Assembly (NCBI GenBank): GCA_965213675.1
Contig: OZ243916.1
Location: forward strand, 2,080,001-2,144,000
From: an uncultured Candidatus Binatia bacterium
GTDB taxonomy: Bacteria; Desulfobacterota; Binatia; UBA9968; JAJDTQ01
DNA length: 64,000 bases
Reading direction: 5' to 3'
In this document: positions 18,931 through 29,745 of the stretch, piece after piece
Layout: the number at the start of each line of letters is the position of its first letter
How positions within the stretch are numbered: position 1 is the stretch's first letter
Notes under the pieces: generated by a model
Seen by the model: the letters and a program-made list of their open reading frames with translations, nothing else
Told to the model about the DNA's origin: nothing
Databases searched by the model: none
Position numbers and translations under genes: made by a program

Positions 18931-21420
18931 TCAACCCCCGATCACGATATTGACCAAGCGCCCGGGCACCTGAATGATCCGCTTGACGGAGCGGCCGTCC
19001 AGGAAACCCGCCACCTTGGGATCCGCCAGCGCCGCCGACTCGATTGCCTCCCCGGCGGCGTCGGCCGGCACCGATATCTTGCCGCGCAGCTTGCCGTTGA
19101 CCTGGACGACGATGAGCCGGGTCTCCTGCACGAGGGCGGCTTCGGAGTAGCCGGGCCAGGCCACGTCCGCCAGAGAGTCGTCGTGTCCCAGGCGTTGCCA
19201 CAGTTCGCTCGCCACGTGCGGCACGAACGGCGCCAGCAGCACCACCTCGGTCTCCAGCGCCGCCTTCATCAGCGCGGCGCTTTCGTCCCGCTCCAACTCC
19301 CCGGCGCTCAATGCATTGAGAGCGTTGTGCAATTCCATGACCGCGGCGATGGCCGTGTTGAAGTGGAAGCGCTCGACGTCTTCGGTGACTTTCTTGATGG
19401 TCCGGTGGATACGCCGGCGCAGCTCCCTCAATGGGTCCGACGCAGGCTCGCCGCCGGCGTCGGCCGTGACCGCCGCCAGCCGCTGGCCATGGCGCATGGC
19501 GAAGCGCCACACCCGGTTCAGGAAACGGTGCGCCCCCTCGACGCCCTGATCGCTCCAGTCCAGGTCCTTCTCGGGCGGGGCCGCGAACAACGTGAACAGG
19601 CGCGCGGTATCCGCGCCGTAGCGCTGGATCAACTCGTCCGGATCCACCACGTTGTTCTTGGACTTGGACATCTTGGCGCCGTCCTTGATGACCATGCCCT
19701 GGGTCAACAGGTTGCTGAAGGGCTCGTCCACGGCAAGCCAGCCCATGTCCCGCAGGACACGGGTGAAAAAGCGCGCGTACAGCAGATGCAGCACCGCGTG
19801 CTCGACGCCGCCGACATACTGGTCCACGGCCATCCAGTAGCGGGTCCGCGCCCGGTCCAGCGGTTGCCCATCCTCGTCCGGGCAGGCATAGCGCGCGAAG
19901 TACCACGACGACTCCACAAACGTGTCCATGGTATCGGTCTCGCGACGGGCCGTCCCTTGGCACGTGGGACAGGCCGTCTCATGGAACTCCGGCAGATTCG
20001 CCAGCGGTGAGCCGCCGGCCCCGGTGAACTCCACCTGGATGGGCAGCCGCACCGGCAACTCGTCTTCCGGCACCGGCACCATGCCGCACGCGTCGCAATA
20101 CACCACCGGGATGGGCGCACCCCAATAGCGCTGGCGCGAGATGCCCCAGTCCCGCAGCCGGTAGCGCACCGTGCCCTTGCCCCAGCCTTTCTCCTCGAGC
20201 CAGTCGGCGATGCGGGCGCGCCCCTCGGCGCTGGCGAGCCCACTGAAGGGGCCGCTGCCGGCCATCACCCCGTCGGCCACGAATGCCTCGGTCATGTCTT
20301 CGGCCACCAGCTCGGCCCCGGCGGGATGGATCACCGGACGCACCGGGAGGTCGTATTTCCGGGCGAACTCGAAGTCCCGCTGATCGTGGGCCGGGACGGC
20401 CATGACCGCCCCGGTGCCGTACTCCATCAGCACGAAGTTGGCCACGTAGATGGGGATCTTCTCTCCGGTGAAGGGGTTGACACAGCAGGATCCGGTGAAG
20501 ACGCCCTCCTTTTCCATGTCCACGTCATCGCGCCGGGAATGACTCATGCGCTTCACGTTCCCGGCGAACTCCCGGACCGCCTGCTGTTGCGACGTGCCCT
20601 CCGCGAGTTCCAGCGCCAGCGGGTGCTCCGCCGCCAGGGAGACGAAGGTCGCGCCATAGATCGTATCCTGACGGGTGGTGAAAACCGTGAGGTCGCCGTC
20701 CCGTTCCACCAGCGGAAAACGGATCTCCGCGCCAATGGACTTCCCGATCCAGTTGCGCTGCATGGTGAGGACCTTGTCGGGCCAACCGCCTGCAAGATCG
20801 TCGCACGCCGCCAGCAGTTCCTCGGCGTAGTCCGTGATGCGGAAGAACCACTGCGGCAGCTCGCGCATGACCACATTCTGCTCGCAGCGCCAGCAGACCC
20901 CGTCCACCACCTGTTCATTGGCCAGAACGGTTTGGCACCCGGTGCACCAGTTGACCGCCGAACTGCGCTTGTAGGCGAGTCCGCGCTTGAGCATCTCCAG
21001 GAAGAACAACTGCTCCCAGCGGTAGTAGTCGGCGTCGCACGTGGCCAGTTCCCGGCGCCAGTCGTAGCTGAAGCCCATCTTCTTGAGCTGGCCGCGCATG
21101 TAGTCGATATTTTCCACGGTCCAGCGGGCGGGGTGCACCTTGTTGGCGATGGCCGCGTTCTCGGCGGGCAGTCCGAAAGCGTCCCAGCCCATGGGATGGA
21201 GGACGTTGAAACCGCGCATGCGCTTGTAGCGCGCGATGACGTCGCCGATGGAGTAGTTGCGCACGTGTCCCATGTGGATGCGCCCGGACGGATACGGGAA
21301 CATCTCCAGCAGATAGTACTTGGGGCGGGGCGAGTCTTCGTCCACCCGGAAGGTCTCCTCGCCCTCCCACTGGCTCTGCCACTTCTCTTCGATCTTCCAG
21401 AACTCGTACTTCTCGATCAT
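18931..21420 (-). CDS. leuS: Leucine--tRNA ligase
   Basis: [26 protein letters not shown] and KMSKS motifs. Confidence 0.98.
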   Translation of the reverse strand: MIEKYEFWKIEEKWQSQWEGEETFRVDEDSPRPKYYLLEMFPYPSGRIHMGHVRNYSIGDVIARYKRMRGFNVLHPMGWDAFGLPAENAAIANKVHPARWTVENIDYMRGQLKKMGFSYDWRRELATCDADYYRWEQLFFLEMLKRGLAYKRSSAVNWCTGCQTVLANEQVVDGVCWRCEQNVVMRELPQWFFRITDYAEELLAACDDLAGGWPDKVLTMQRNWIGKSIGAEIRFPLVERDGDLTVFTTRQDTIYGATFVSLAAEHPLALELAEGTSQQQAVREFAGNVKRMSHSRRDDVDMEKEGVFTGSCCVNPFTGEKIPIYVANFVLMEYGTGAVMAVPAHDQRDFEFARKYDLPVRPVIHPAGAELVAEDMTEAFVADGVMAGSGPFSGLASAEGRARIADWLEEKGWGKGTVRYRLRDWGISRQRYWGAPIPVVYCDACGMVPVPEDELPVRLPIQVEFTGAGGSPLANLPEFHETACPTCQGTARRETDTMDTFVESSWYFARYACPDEDGQPLDRARTRYWMAVDQYVGGVEHAVLHLLYARFFTRVLRDMGWLAVDEPFSNLLTQGMVIKDGAKMSKSKNNVVDPDELIQRYGADTARLFTLFAAPPEKDLDWSDQGVEGAHRFLNRVWRFAMRHGQRLAAVTADAGGEPASDPLRELRRRIHRTIKKVTEDVERFHFNTAIAAVMELHNALNALSAGELERDESAALMKAALETEVVLLAPFVPHVASELWQRLGHDDSLADVAWPGYSEAALVQETRLIVVQVNGKLRGKISVPADAAGEAIESAALADPKVAGFLDGRSVKRIIQVPGRLVNIVIGG

Positions 21421-21869
21421 GGTTCCGGCCGCTCGCTCTCCTTGGTCTCGTCTGCCTCCTTGAGGCCGTTGGCACGGGCCACCTGGTCGAGCACCCCGTT
21501 GATGAAGGCGGGGGAATCATCCGAACCGTAGCGGTTGCCGATTTCGATGGCTTCGTCGATGCTTACCTTCAGCGGGACGTCCGGACAGTCGAGCATCTCG
21601 TAGGTGGCGAGGCGAAGAATGATCAGATCCACCCGGGACATGCGCCCAAGCTTCCAATGCACCACCGCGCTCTCGATGAACCCGTCGATCGCGTCACGAC
21701 GCGTCGTGACGCCGGCGATCAGGCGCTGGGCGAAATCCCGCGCCGCCGGGCGCGAAGGGAAATGGCCCCAGAAGCCTTCCGAACCGAGGGGGGCCGGTTC
21801 GCCGGTGATCTCCATCTGGTAGAGCACCTGCAATGCCAGCTCCCGGGCCTTGCGGCGGATACTTGCCAT
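21417..21869 (-). CDS. nusB: Transcription antitermination factor NusB
   Basis: [19 protein letters not shown] and FINGVLD motifs. Confidence 0.96.
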   Translation of the reverse strand: MASIRRKARELALQVLYQMEITGEPAPLGSEGFWGHFPSRPAARDFAQRLIAGVTTRRDAIDGFIESAVVHWKLGRMSRVDLIILRLATYEMLDCPDVPLKVSIDEAIEIGNRYGSDDSPAFINGVLDQVARANGLKEADETKESERPEP

Positions 21870-21891
21870 CCACGAAGGAAGGTTGTCGAGG

Positions 21892-22359
21892 TCAGGCCAG
21901 CTGCTTGCCCAAGCTCGCCATCTCGATGGCGGTGACCGCGGCCTCGAACCCCTTGTTACCCATTTTCGCGCCGGCGCGGTCCACCGCCTGCTCCACCGTG
22001 TTGGTGGTGAGCAGGCCGAAGGCGATGGGGACGCCGTGCTGGTTCATGGCGTGGCCCACCCCGCGGGAGGCTTCCGCACAGATGTAGTCGAAGTGGGGGG
22101 TATCGCCGCGGATGACCGCACCGACGCAGATCAGCGCGTCGTACCTGCCGCTGGCCGCCATCTTGTGGGCGCAAAAGGAGATTTCGAAAGCGCCGGGGAC
22201 CCACGCGACGTCGACGTTCTCATCCATGTCGGCGCCGTGCCGCCTCAAGCCGTCCACGGCGCCTTGAAGAAGCCGCTCGGTAATGAAGCTATTGAAGCGG
22301 CTGGCGATGATCCCGACACGCATCCCCGTCGCGTCCAGTTGCCCTTCGATCAATCGCAT
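21892..22359 (-). CDS. ribH: 6,7-dimethyl-8-ribityllumazine synthase
   Basis: [22 protein letters not shown] and GNKG motifs. Confidence 0.97.
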   Translation of the reverse strand: MRLIEGQLDATGMRVGIIASRFNSFITERLLQGAVDGLRRHGADMDENVDVAWVPGAFEISFCAHKMAASGRYDALICVGAVIRGDTPHFDYICAEASRGVGHAMNQHGVPIAFGLLTTNTVEQAVDRAGAKMGNKGFEAAVTAIEMASLGKQLA

Positions 22360-22380
22360 GGCCGGTCCTCTCGGGACAAC

Positions 22381-23619
22381 TCACTTCCCTTCCAGGTGGG
22401 TGAGGAGGTGTCCGAGCTTGTCGCGCTTGGTCCGCAAATAGCGAGCATTGCCGTCGTTGGGCTGGATCTCCAGCGGCATGCGTTCGCTCACCGACAAGCC
22501 ATAGCCTTCGAGGCTGACGATCTTGCGCGGATTGTTGGTCAACAGGCGCAGGCGCTGGATACCGAGATTCCGCAATATCTCGGCCGCCACCCCGTAGTCC
22601 CGCAGGTCCACGTCGAAGCCAAGCTCCAGATTCGCCTCGGCGGTATCACGTCCCTGGTCCTGCAGCGCGTACGCCTTGATCTTGTTGGTCAGACCGATGC
22701 CGCGCCCTTCCTGATGCATGTACACGATGGCGCCGCACTCCTCGTCGTCGATGAGGCGCAGGGCCGCGCGCAACTGTTCGCCACAGTCGCACCGCTCCGA
22801 CGAGAACACGTCGCCGGTGAGACACTCGGAATGCACCCGTACCAGGACGTTGTCACTGCCGCTGACGTCGCCCTTGACCAAGGCCATGTGCTCGAATGGA
22901 TCGAGGTTCGTGCGGTAGAGAATCGCCTTGAAGGAACGGCCGTGAATGCTCGGGAGGTCCTCTTCCCAGACCCTGCGTATGGTGGCTTCATGGCGCAGGC
23001 GGTGCGAGATGATATCCACGACGGAAACCATCCGCAGATCATGCGCACGCGCGAATTCCCGAAGCGCCGGCCCAACGGCGACGGCGCCGTCCTCGCCCAG
23101 CACCTGGCAAAACGCCGCCGCCGGCTGCAGGCCGCCAAGTGTTGCCAGATCCACCGAAGCCTCGGCCGCGCTTGCCCGGACCAGCACGCCCCCTTCGCTG
23201 GCTTGCACCGGCAACACGTTGCCCGGCATCACGAAATCACGGGAACCCGCGTCGGGGCGAACGCACGAGCGGATGGTATGGGCCCGGCCCGCGGCGGACA
23301 CCTCCAGCCCCAGCGCCGAATTGGCGCCCACGGGGACGCCCACCGGAGCATGACCCGGAACCAGGTTGGCAGGCTCCTCGGCGCGGAACCCCAGCCGCTG
23401 CATGTACGAAGGATGCAGCGCCAGGTAGAGAACGCCCCGGGCATGGCGCAACATGAAGTTGATGGACTCGGGGGTCACCCTTTCCGCAGGCATGCACACG
23501 AAGCCCACGCCGTTATCGCTTGGCTCGTCCACCAGCAGGATCGGGCGACCGTGACGGAGTTCTTCCGAGATTTCTTCAATGGGAGTCAGAGACATGGGGG
23601 TTCGAGGCGCCGTTCCCAT
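22381..23619 (-). CDS. ribBA: RibBA fusion: degenerate DHBP synthase domain plus intact GTP cyclohydrolase II
   Basis: C-terminal RVHSECLTGD..CDC, EGRGIGL and LLTNNP intact. N-terminal RibB fold lacks catalytic motifs. TGATG coupling to ribE. Confidence 0.9.
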   Translation of the reverse strand: MGTAPRTPMSLTPIEEISEELRHGRPILLVDEPSDNGVGFVCMPAERVTPESINFMLRHARGVLYLALHPSYMQRLGFRAEEPANLVPGHAPVGVPVGANSALGLEVSAAGRAHTIRSCVRPDAGSRDFVMPGNVLPVQASEGGVLVRASAAEASVDLATLGGLQPAAAFCQVLGEDGAVAVGPALREFARAHDLRMVSVVDIISHRLRHEATIRRVWEEDLPSIHGRSFKAILYRTNLDPFEHMALVKGDVSGSDNVLVRVHSECLTGDVFSSERCDCGEQLRAALRLIDDEECGAIVYMHQEGRGIGLTNKIKAYALQDQGRDTAEANLELGFDVDLRDYGVAAEILRNLGIQRLRLLTNNPRKIVSLEGYGLSVSERMPLEIQPNDGNARYLRTKRDKLGHLLTHLEGK

Positions 23620-24239
23620 CACCGGGTTTCCGGCGTGCGCGACGGAGTGCGATAGGCCTTCACGAATTGCTGCACGTATTTGCCGATGATGTCGGCTTCC
23701 AGGTTGACTCTATCACCAACACCCCGCTCCTGCAAATTCGTGTGCGCCAGCGTGAACGGGATGATAGCCACCGAAAAGGCGCGCGACGTGCACTCGTTGA
23801 CGGTCAGACTGATGCCGTCCACGGCGATGGAACCCTTGGCCACCAGCAGGCGGCCCACGGGCGCGGGCGCTCGGAAGCGGAAGGAGGTGAAGTCGCCGCT
23901 CGGCTCCACCCGGGTGATCTGCCCCACGGTATCGACATGTCCGGTGACCATGTGACCGCCGAGCCGGTCGTTGAGTTGAAGCGGCCGCTCCAGGTTGATG
24001 CGGCCTCCTTCACGCAGGTCCGCCAGGTTCGTGCGCTTGAGCGTCTCGGGCGAGACCTCCACCGTAAGCCGCCGGCCAGCCTTCTTCACCACCGTCAGGC
24101 AACAGCCGTTCACCGCGATGCTGTCGCCCAGCGACACCTCCCGCCCGGGAAGCGCCGTCTCGAAGGTCAGTTCGCCGCCGTCGGCGCCCGCGCGCCAGCG
24201 GCGCACCCGCCCCACGTCCTCGATCAGTCCAGTAAACAT
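23619..24239 (-). CDS. ribE: Riboflavin synthase (alpha chain)
   Basis: MFTGLIE, SIAVNGCCLTV, GGHMVTGH and KGSIAVDGISLT motifs. Confidence 0.96.
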   Translation of the reverse strand: MFTGLIEDVGRVRRWRAGADGGELTFETALPGREVSLGDSIAVNGCCLTVVKKAGRRLTVEVSPETLKRTNLADLREGGRINLERPLQLNDRLGGHMVTGHVDTVGQITRVEPSGDFTSFRFRAPAPVGRLLVAKGSIAVDGISLTVNECTSRAFSVAIIPFTLAHTNLQERGVGDRVNLEADIIGKYVQQFVKAYRTPSRTPETR

Positions 24240-24393
24240 GATGGATAGTACGGCTCTTGAAAGTACGAGTTGGTGTCGCCGATCCCTTGTTCGAAATCAG
24301 CCATCCCACCCTCCCGTTGTCGTTGCAGCGGATCATATCAACCGGCCAAGTCCACGGCAAATCGTTCCGGTGTGTTTCCCGGCCCCACCCCAC

Positions 24394-24623
24394 CTGGATT
24401 CCCGCTTTCGCGGGAATGACGTGCCGGGGGTAGGAGGTGTCATTTCCTGTTCGTGCCAAGTTCAGCACCACGCTTTCGCGGGAATGACGCGCCGGGGGGT
24501 AGGATGTGCCATTTCCTGTTCGTGCCAAGTTCGGCACCACGCCTTCGCGGGAATGACGCGCCGGGGGGTAGGATGTGCCATTTTCTGTTCATGCCAGGTT
24601 CGGTACCACGCCTTCGCGGGAAT
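24394..24623. repeat. Tandem array of about 3.3 copies of a 68-69 bp unit anchored on a REP half-site
   Basis: GCYTTCGCGGGAAT begins at 24404, 24472, 24541 and 24610, with near-identical intervening sequence. Confidence 0.9.
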
Positions 24624-24679
24624 CATCCAGGTCGGTTGGGAGCCGACGCACGAGGGGATGAAATCGGCCCCACAGTCAT

Positions 24680-24802
24680 GTCATTCCCGCGAAAGCGGGA
24701 ATCCAGATTTGGGGTCGGCCCCCATACAAGGCGTGATTGGTCCACGGTCATGTCATTCCCGCGAAAGCTTGCCCTCGACCCCGATCGGGGGCGGGAATCC
24801 AG
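24680..24802. repeat. Two REP units (short and long form)
   Basis: GTCATTCCCGCGAAAGCGGGAATCCAG (24680-24706); long form with an extra TTGCCCTCGACCCCGATCGGGG segment (24752-24802). Confidence 0.88.
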
Positions 24803-24825
24803 GGGGTGGGGAATGGTGTCCCGCG

Positions 24826-25923
24826 TCACAGATACGCCGACACCAGGATGTCCTCGCCCAAACGCCGGACCGCAGGGGTCTTCAGTCGTGGCGTCTGGCG
24901 CATGCGCTCGATGCCGAGGTCGCCCACCATGGGCAGACCCTCGGCGCCGACGAACTTGGGGGCGTAGAAGCACAGCACCTTGTCCACGGCCTTCTCGGAT
25001 ATGGCGCGGGCAGCGGTCACGGCGCCGCCTTCCAGCAGGACACTGAGCACACCGGCGCGGGCGAGCCGGCGGAACACGCGCCGGAAAGAGATGCGGCCGC
25101 GGTTCACAGGGAAGCGCCACACCTGGACGCCCAGATCTTCCAGGGGTTTGCAGGCGTCCGCGGACGTGTCGTTGCCGGTGATCAACACGGTGTTCTCGGA
25201 GTGGGGCTGGGTGACGAGTCTGGCGGTCACGGGGGTGCGCAGCCGCCGGTCCAGAACGATGCGCAACGGGTCGCGACCGCCCGGCAGGCGGCAGGTGAGC
25301 TGCGGGTCGTCGGCGAGGACGGTGCCCGAGCCTACCATCACGGCATCCAACTGGTTGCGCAGGCGGTGTACGTAACGGCGCGCCGCCGGTCCGGTGACCC
25401 AACGGGAGTCTCCCGTGGCGGTGGCGATGCGGCCGTCCAGGGACGCGGCCAGCTTGAGGGTAACGAAGGGCAACCCGCGGGTGACGTACTTGACGAAGGC
25501 CTCGTTAAACTGCCGGCACGCATCTTCCCGCACCGGCGCGTCCACGCGGACGCCGGCCTCGCGCAGCGCCTGCAGGCCGCGGCCCGCCACCGCAGGGTTG
25601 GGGTCGACCATGCCCGCCACCACCCGCGTGACGCCCGCCTCAAGGACGGCGCGAACGCATGGAGGGGTGCGTCCGAAGTGACTGCAGGGTTCCAGGTTGA
25701 CGTAGAGGGTGGCGCCGCGCGCGGCGCTTCCGGCTTCGCGCAGGGCCACCACCTCCGCATGGTCCGCGCCGGCGCGGGCATGATGGCCGCACCCCACCAC
25801 CCGGCCGTCCCGCACCACCAACGCCCCCACCATGGGGTTGGGACTGGTCCTGCCCGCTGCCCGGCGCGCGAGCCGCAGGGACGCGCCCATGTAGCGCTGA
25901 TCGCTCTCCTCGGATGCGTGCAT
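24826..25923 (-). CDS. ribD: Riboflavin biosynthesis deaminase/reductase
   Basis: SPNPMVG, HAE, LEPCSH..TPPC, SLDGRIA and LEGG motifs. Confidence 0.96.
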   Translation of the reverse strand: MHASEESDQRYMGASLRLARRAAGRTSPNPMVGALVVRDGRVVGCGHHARAGADHAEVVALREAGSAARGATLYVNLEPCSHFGRTPPCVRAVLEAGVTRVVAGMVDPNPAVAGRGLQALREAGVRVDAPVREDACRQFNEAFVKYVTRGLPFVTLKLAASLDGRIATATGDSRWVTGPAARRYVHRLRNQLDAVMVGSGTVLADDPQLTCRLPGGRDPLRIVLDRRLRTPVTARLVTQPHSENTVLITGNDTSADACKPLEDLGVQVWRFPVNRGRISFRRVFRRLARAGVLSVLLEGGAVTAARAISEKAVDKVLCFYAPKFVGAEGLPMVGDLGIERMRQTPRLKTPAVRRLGEDILVSAYL

Positions 25924-25976
25924 GTCGGTGCCGAAATAGCGGCGCTCAAGGGGACACTGCGCAATCGGAACAGCGC

Positions 25977-26080
25977 CTTTCGTGTTCGCTCCGCTTGCGC
26001 TCCACCACGCTCAGGACGAACGATGAATCAGGAGACCGATCGAATATCCTCGTTCGTCCGGAGCCCGTCAAAGGGCTCAG
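25977..26080. repeat. Degenerate REP-like pair of a second type (GCTCAGGACGAACG ... CGTTCGTCCGGAGC)
   Basis: Inverted half-sites flanking a short spacer. Confidence 0.5.
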
Positions 26081-26093
26081 GACACCCTCGGGT

Positions 26094-26256
26094 CCAGGAG
26101 CCTGTCGGATTTATCGAATCGTAGCGAGAGGCAGAGAAAGGCCAGTTTTGGGCGGATTTGAGGAAAACATTGGTAATATTGGACGAAAATCCAACCGGAA
26201 ATGGACCCATTTCCCTGCCTCGCAGTAGATTCTTGATAAACCCGACAGGCTCCCAG
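26094..26256 (+). mobile_element. Palindromic MITE-like element, family B, copy 1
   Basis: CCAG direct repeats flank 155 bp with TIR GAGCCTGTCGG(A/G)TTTATC. Confidence 0.87.
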
Positions 26257-26416
26257 TGTCGTGTTCCACGTAAATGTTGACAAATTTGCTGGTCTTTACC
26301 GTCGTCGGCTGCGTTGCTCTTCCTCGCGTGGTAACGGCCACTGCTCGTCATCGCGCCTTGCCGACAACGAAAAATCCTGCGCATCTCTGTCAAGATTTAC
26401 GTGGACACGACACTGG
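26253..26416 (-). mobile_element. Family A element abutting the family B element (shared CCAG)
   Basis: 156 bp; arms TGTCGTGTTCCACGTAAATGTTGACA / TGTCAAGATTTACGTGGACACGACA; conserved core in reverse orientation. Confidence 0.85.
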
Positions 26417-26527
26417 CTCGGAACAGGCCCTGCACCAGGCACGGAAAAGGCGTGCGGAGCGCAAACCGAGCGACGTTGAAGAGCGGCCATGAATCAGAGC
26501 TTCTCCGGTGTCCCGTCACATGAGATC

Positions 26528-27061
26528 TCACGCTGTGGGCTCATCCGCGGGCGCCGACTTCCGCCGCGTCTTGCGCGGGGCTTTGCGCTTGCGCGGGGCG
26601 CGCCTGGTGCGCTCGTTCAGCAGGTCTTCCAATTCCGCCATGAATTCGTCGAGGTCCTTGAAGGAACGGTATACCGAGGCGAAGCGAACGTAGGCCACAG
26701 GATCGGTGTCGTGCAGCTCGCGCATGGCGGACTCGCCGATGATGGAGCCCGGCACTTCCTTCTCGCCCCGTTCCTGTAAACCGCGCTCGATGCGGTCGGC
26801 CATGGCCTCGATGGCGTCCATGCTGACCGGACGCTTCTGACACGCGCGTTTGAGGCCGTTGGTGATCTTGAGACGGTCGAAGGCTTCCCGGCGTCCATCC
26901 TTTTTCACCACCATGGGCATGGCTTCTTCCACGCGCTCGTAGGTGGTGAAGCGGCGCGCGCAGACCATGCACTCCCGCCGCCGCCGGATCATTTCGCCGT
27001 CCTTCCCGAGCCGGGAATCGATGACGTGGCTATTGGACTGGCGGCAAAAGGGGCATTTCAT
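26528..27061 (-). CDS. nrdR: Transcriptional repressor NrdR
   Basis: MKCPFC, IRRRREC..C..RFTTYE, ATP cone and AYVRFASVY motifs. Confidence 0.97.
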   Translation of the reverse strand: MKCPFCRQSNSHVIDSRLGKDGEMIRRRRECMVCARRFTTYERVEEAMPMVVKKDGRREAFDRLKITNGLKRACQKRPVSMDAIEAMADRIERGLQERGEKEVPGSIIGESAMRELHDTDPVAYVRFASVYRSFKDLDEFMAELEDLLNERTRRAPRKRKAPRKTRRKSAPADEPTA

Positions 27062-27097
27062 GGCGAAGCCCGACCGCGCGGCCGCATGGCAACGAGG

Positions 27098-28375
27098 TCA
27101 GATCTGGGTGTCCCGGCCCGGCGCCGTTGCCTTGCCGCGGTACACGGGGAAGCGCCCGCACAGCGCCCGCACGTCGGCGGCAACGGCCGCGAGGCCCGCG
27201 TCATCTCCGACGTGGGCAAGAGCGCGCTGGATCAGTTCGGCGACGAGCCGCATCTCCGGCTCTTTCATGCCGCGGGTGGTGACGGCCGGGGTGCCGATAC
27301 GCACCCCGCTGGTGACGAAAGGCGAGCGGGTGTCGAAGGGCACGGTGTTGCGGTTGGCGGTGATTCCCGCCTGCTCCAGAGTCTCCTGCGCGAGCTTGCC
27401 CGTCAACTCGGATTCCCGGAAGTCCACCAGCATCAGGTGGTTGTCGGTACCCGCGGAAACCAACCGGAAGCCGCGCTCCATCAACGCGCCGGCCAGGGTC
27501 CCGGCGTTGGCGACGATCTGCCGCTGGTAGTCGGCGAACTCCGGGGTCGCCGCTTCTTTCAAGCCCACGGCCTTGGCCGCGATGACGTGCATCAGGGGCC
27601 CGCCCTGCATGCCCGGGAACACCCGGCTGTTGAGGGTCTTGGCGTGTTCCTCGCGGCACAGGATCATGCCCCCGCGCGGTCCGCGCAGGGTCTTGTGCGT
27701 GGTGGTGGTGACGAAGTCCGCGTAGGGCACCGGACTCGGGTGGCATCCGGCGGCGACCAAGCCGGCGATGTGCGCCATGTCCACCATCAACAGCGCCCCC
27801 ACTTCATCCGCGACTTCGCGGAACCGGGCGTAGTCGATGGTGCGTGGATAAGCGCTCGCCCCGGCCACGATAAGGCGCGGGCGATGCTCCCGGGCGAGGT
27901 CCGCCAGCGCGTCGTAGTCGATGGTCTCGGTTTCCTCCGAGACGCCGTAGGGCACGACGTTGTACAACCGCCCGGAGAAGTTCACGGGACTGCCCATGGA
28001 CAGATGTCCGCCGTGGGACAGATTCATGCCGAGGTAGGAGTCGCCGGGATTCAACACCGCGAAGTACACGGCCATGTTCGCCTGGGAACCCGAGTGCGGC
28101 TGGACGTTGACGTGCTCCGCACCGAACAGCGCCCTGGCCCGATCCACCGCCAGACGCTCCACCACGTCGACGTACTCGCAGCCGCCGTAGTAGCGCCGCC
28201 CCGGATAGCCCTCCGCGTACTTGTTGGTCATGAGCGAGCCCTGGGCCTCGAGCACCGCCTCGCTCACCACGTTCTCGGAGGCGATCAGCTCCAGGTTGGA
28301 CTCGAGGCGCTCGCTCTCATCGGCGATCGCTTGAAACACCTCGGGATCGACTTGCTCCAGGCTGGCTGAAATCAC
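27098..28375 (-). CDS. glyA: Serine hydroxymethyltransferase
   Basis: [22 protein letters not shown] and [13 protein letters not shown] motifs. Confidence 0.98.
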   Translation of the reverse strand: MISASLEQVDPEVFQAIADESERLESNLELIASENVVSEAVLEAQGSLMTNKYAEGYPGRRYYGGCEYVDVVERLAVDRARALFGAEHVNVQPHSGSQANMAVYFAVLNPGDSYLGMNLSHGGHLSMGSPVNFSGRLYNVVPYGVSEETETIDYDALADLAREHRPRLIVAGASAYPRTIDYARFREVADEVGALLMVDMAHIAGLVAAGCHPSPVPYADFVTTTTHKTLRGPRGGMILCREEHAKTLNSRVFPGMQGGPLMHVIAAKAVGLKEAATPEFADYQRQIVANAGTLAGALMERGFRLVSAGTDNHLMLVDFRESELTGKLAQETLEQAGITANRNTVPFDTRSPFVTSGVRIGTPAVTTRGMKEPEMRLVAELIQRALAHVGDDAGLAAVAADVRALCGRFPVYRGKATAPGRDTQI

Positions 28376-28431
28376 TCTGAATTCCTCGTCGTGGAGCGTG
28401 ATGACACGCCCACGCTGTATCCATGTCCGCC

Positions 28432-28617
28432 CTGGGAGCCTGTCGGGTCTATCAAGAATCTACAGCGAGGCATGGGAATGGGTCCATTTCCGGTTGGATT
28501 TTTCGTCGGATATTACCGGGATATTACCAGTGTCATACCAATATCATCCGCAAATCCGCCCAAAACCGGCCTTCCCCTGCCTGTCGCTACGATTCGACAA
28601 ACCCGGCAGTCTCCTGG
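28432..28617 (-). mobile_element. Family B element, copy 2 (with internal micro-duplication)
   Basis: CTGG direct repeats; GAGCCTGTCGGG TIR; duplicated GGATATTACC in the centre; 178 bp. Confidence 0.82.
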
Positions 28618-28669
28618 ACAACGTTCCCGCCGGACTCGTGAGATCGGGGGTGAACGGCCGTTCCGGACG

Positions 28670-28906
28670 CTACCGGTGGCTCTCGATGTAATCGATGACG
28701 TCTTGCACGGTCTTGATCTTTTCCGCATCCTCGTCCGAGATTTCCATCTCGTACTCTTCCTCCAACGCCATGACCAGCTCGACGATGTCCAGAGAGTCGG
28801 CCCCCAGGTCCTCGATGAACGAGGCTTCCGGGCTTACTTCTCCGTCGCTCACTCCCAGTTGCTCACAGATGATCTCCTTGACCCTCGCCTCGACGTCTGT
28901 CGCCAT
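28670..28906 (-). CDS. acpP: Acyl carrier protein
   Basis: [18 protein letters not shown] motif; GAGGAGG RBS. Confidence 0.97.
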   Translation of the reverse strand: MATDVEARVKEIICEQLGVSDGEVSPEASFIEDLGADSLDIVELVMALEEEYEMEISDEDAEKIKTVQDVIDYIESHR

Positions 28907-28987
28907 CTTGTACCCTCCTCTTCGTATCCGTGCCCTGTTCGTGGTGACGGGCGCCCCGTGCTCGCCGCCGGTGGTGGCGTCACGGGG

Positions 28988-29740
28988 TCACATATACAGG
29001 CCGCCATTGACCGCGACGGTCTGCCCCGTGATGTACTCGCCTCCCGGTCCCGCCAGAAACGCCACGGCCCGCGCGACATCGGCGCCGCTGCCGAACCGCC
29101 CCAAGGGAATCGCCTCGAGATAACGGCCGCGGGTTTCCTCGTTCAGGCTCGCCGTCATCTCCGTCTCGATGAAGCCCGGGGCCACCGCGTTGACGGTAAT
29201 GCCGCGGGGCGCGAGCTCCCGGGCCATGGACTTGGTGAACCCCTCGATGCCCGCCTTGGAAGCGGCATACACCGACTGGCCAACGTTTCCCATTTGTCCG
29301 GCCACCGAAGTCAGGTTCACGATCCGGCCGTACCGTTGCCGGATCATCCGCCTCGCGGCCGCTTTGGTGCAGTGGAAAAGGCCCCTCAGATTGACGTCGA
29401 TGATCCGATCCCAGTCCGGGGACGATTGGCGCAGCAGCAAACCGTCGACGGTTACCCCCGCGTTATTGATTAAAATATCAAGTTTTTCGTGCCGGTCAAT
29501 GATTCCCTTGACGGCCTCGTCCACCTCGTCGGCGCGTCCCACGTCGAACGGCGCCAACTCGGCCTGGCCGTTCCCGCTCAGGACTTCCTCCAGCACCTGT
29601 CGGGCCGCGGCATGGTTTTCCCGGTAATTGATGACAACGCGCACACCCAGCCCGGCCAGGCACAGGACCACCGCCCGTCCGATGCCTCTGCTCCCGCCCG
29701 TGACCAGCGCGACTCTGTCCGCCAGCGGTGCCGCTTCCAT
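28988..29740 (-). CDS. fabG: 3-oxoacyl-ACP reductase
   Basis: TGGSRGIG, NNAG, YAASK and VNGGLYM motifs; ATG at 29740. Confidence 0.95.
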   Translation of the reverse strand: MEAAPLADRVALVTGGSRGIGRAVVLCLAGLGVRVVINYRENHAAARQVLEEVLSGNGQAELAPFDVGRADEVDEAVKGIIDRHEKLDILINNAGVTVDGLLLRQSSPDWDRIIDVNLRGLFHCTKAAARRMIRQRYGRIVNLTSVAGQMGNVGQSVYAASKAGIEGFTKSMARELAPRGITVNAVAPGFIETEMTASLNEETRGRYLEAIPLGRFGSGADVARAVAFLAGPGGEYITGQTVAVNGGLYM

Positions 29741-29745
29741 GCGCG

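Noticed and set aside
24404-24623. Possible CRISPR array (regular ~69-bp period)
   Set aside because: The intervening sequences are near-identical rather than unique spacers, the repeat is a REP half-site, and there are no cas genes.
23995-26124. 709-aa plus-strand ORF with Cys-rich repeats
   Set aside because: Antisense to ribE/ribD and crossing REP/tandem DNA; a GC-rich shadow ORF.
25924-26527. FMN riboswitch upstream of ribD
   Set aside because: No RFN consensus found; the region is accounted for by REP-like and family A/B elements.
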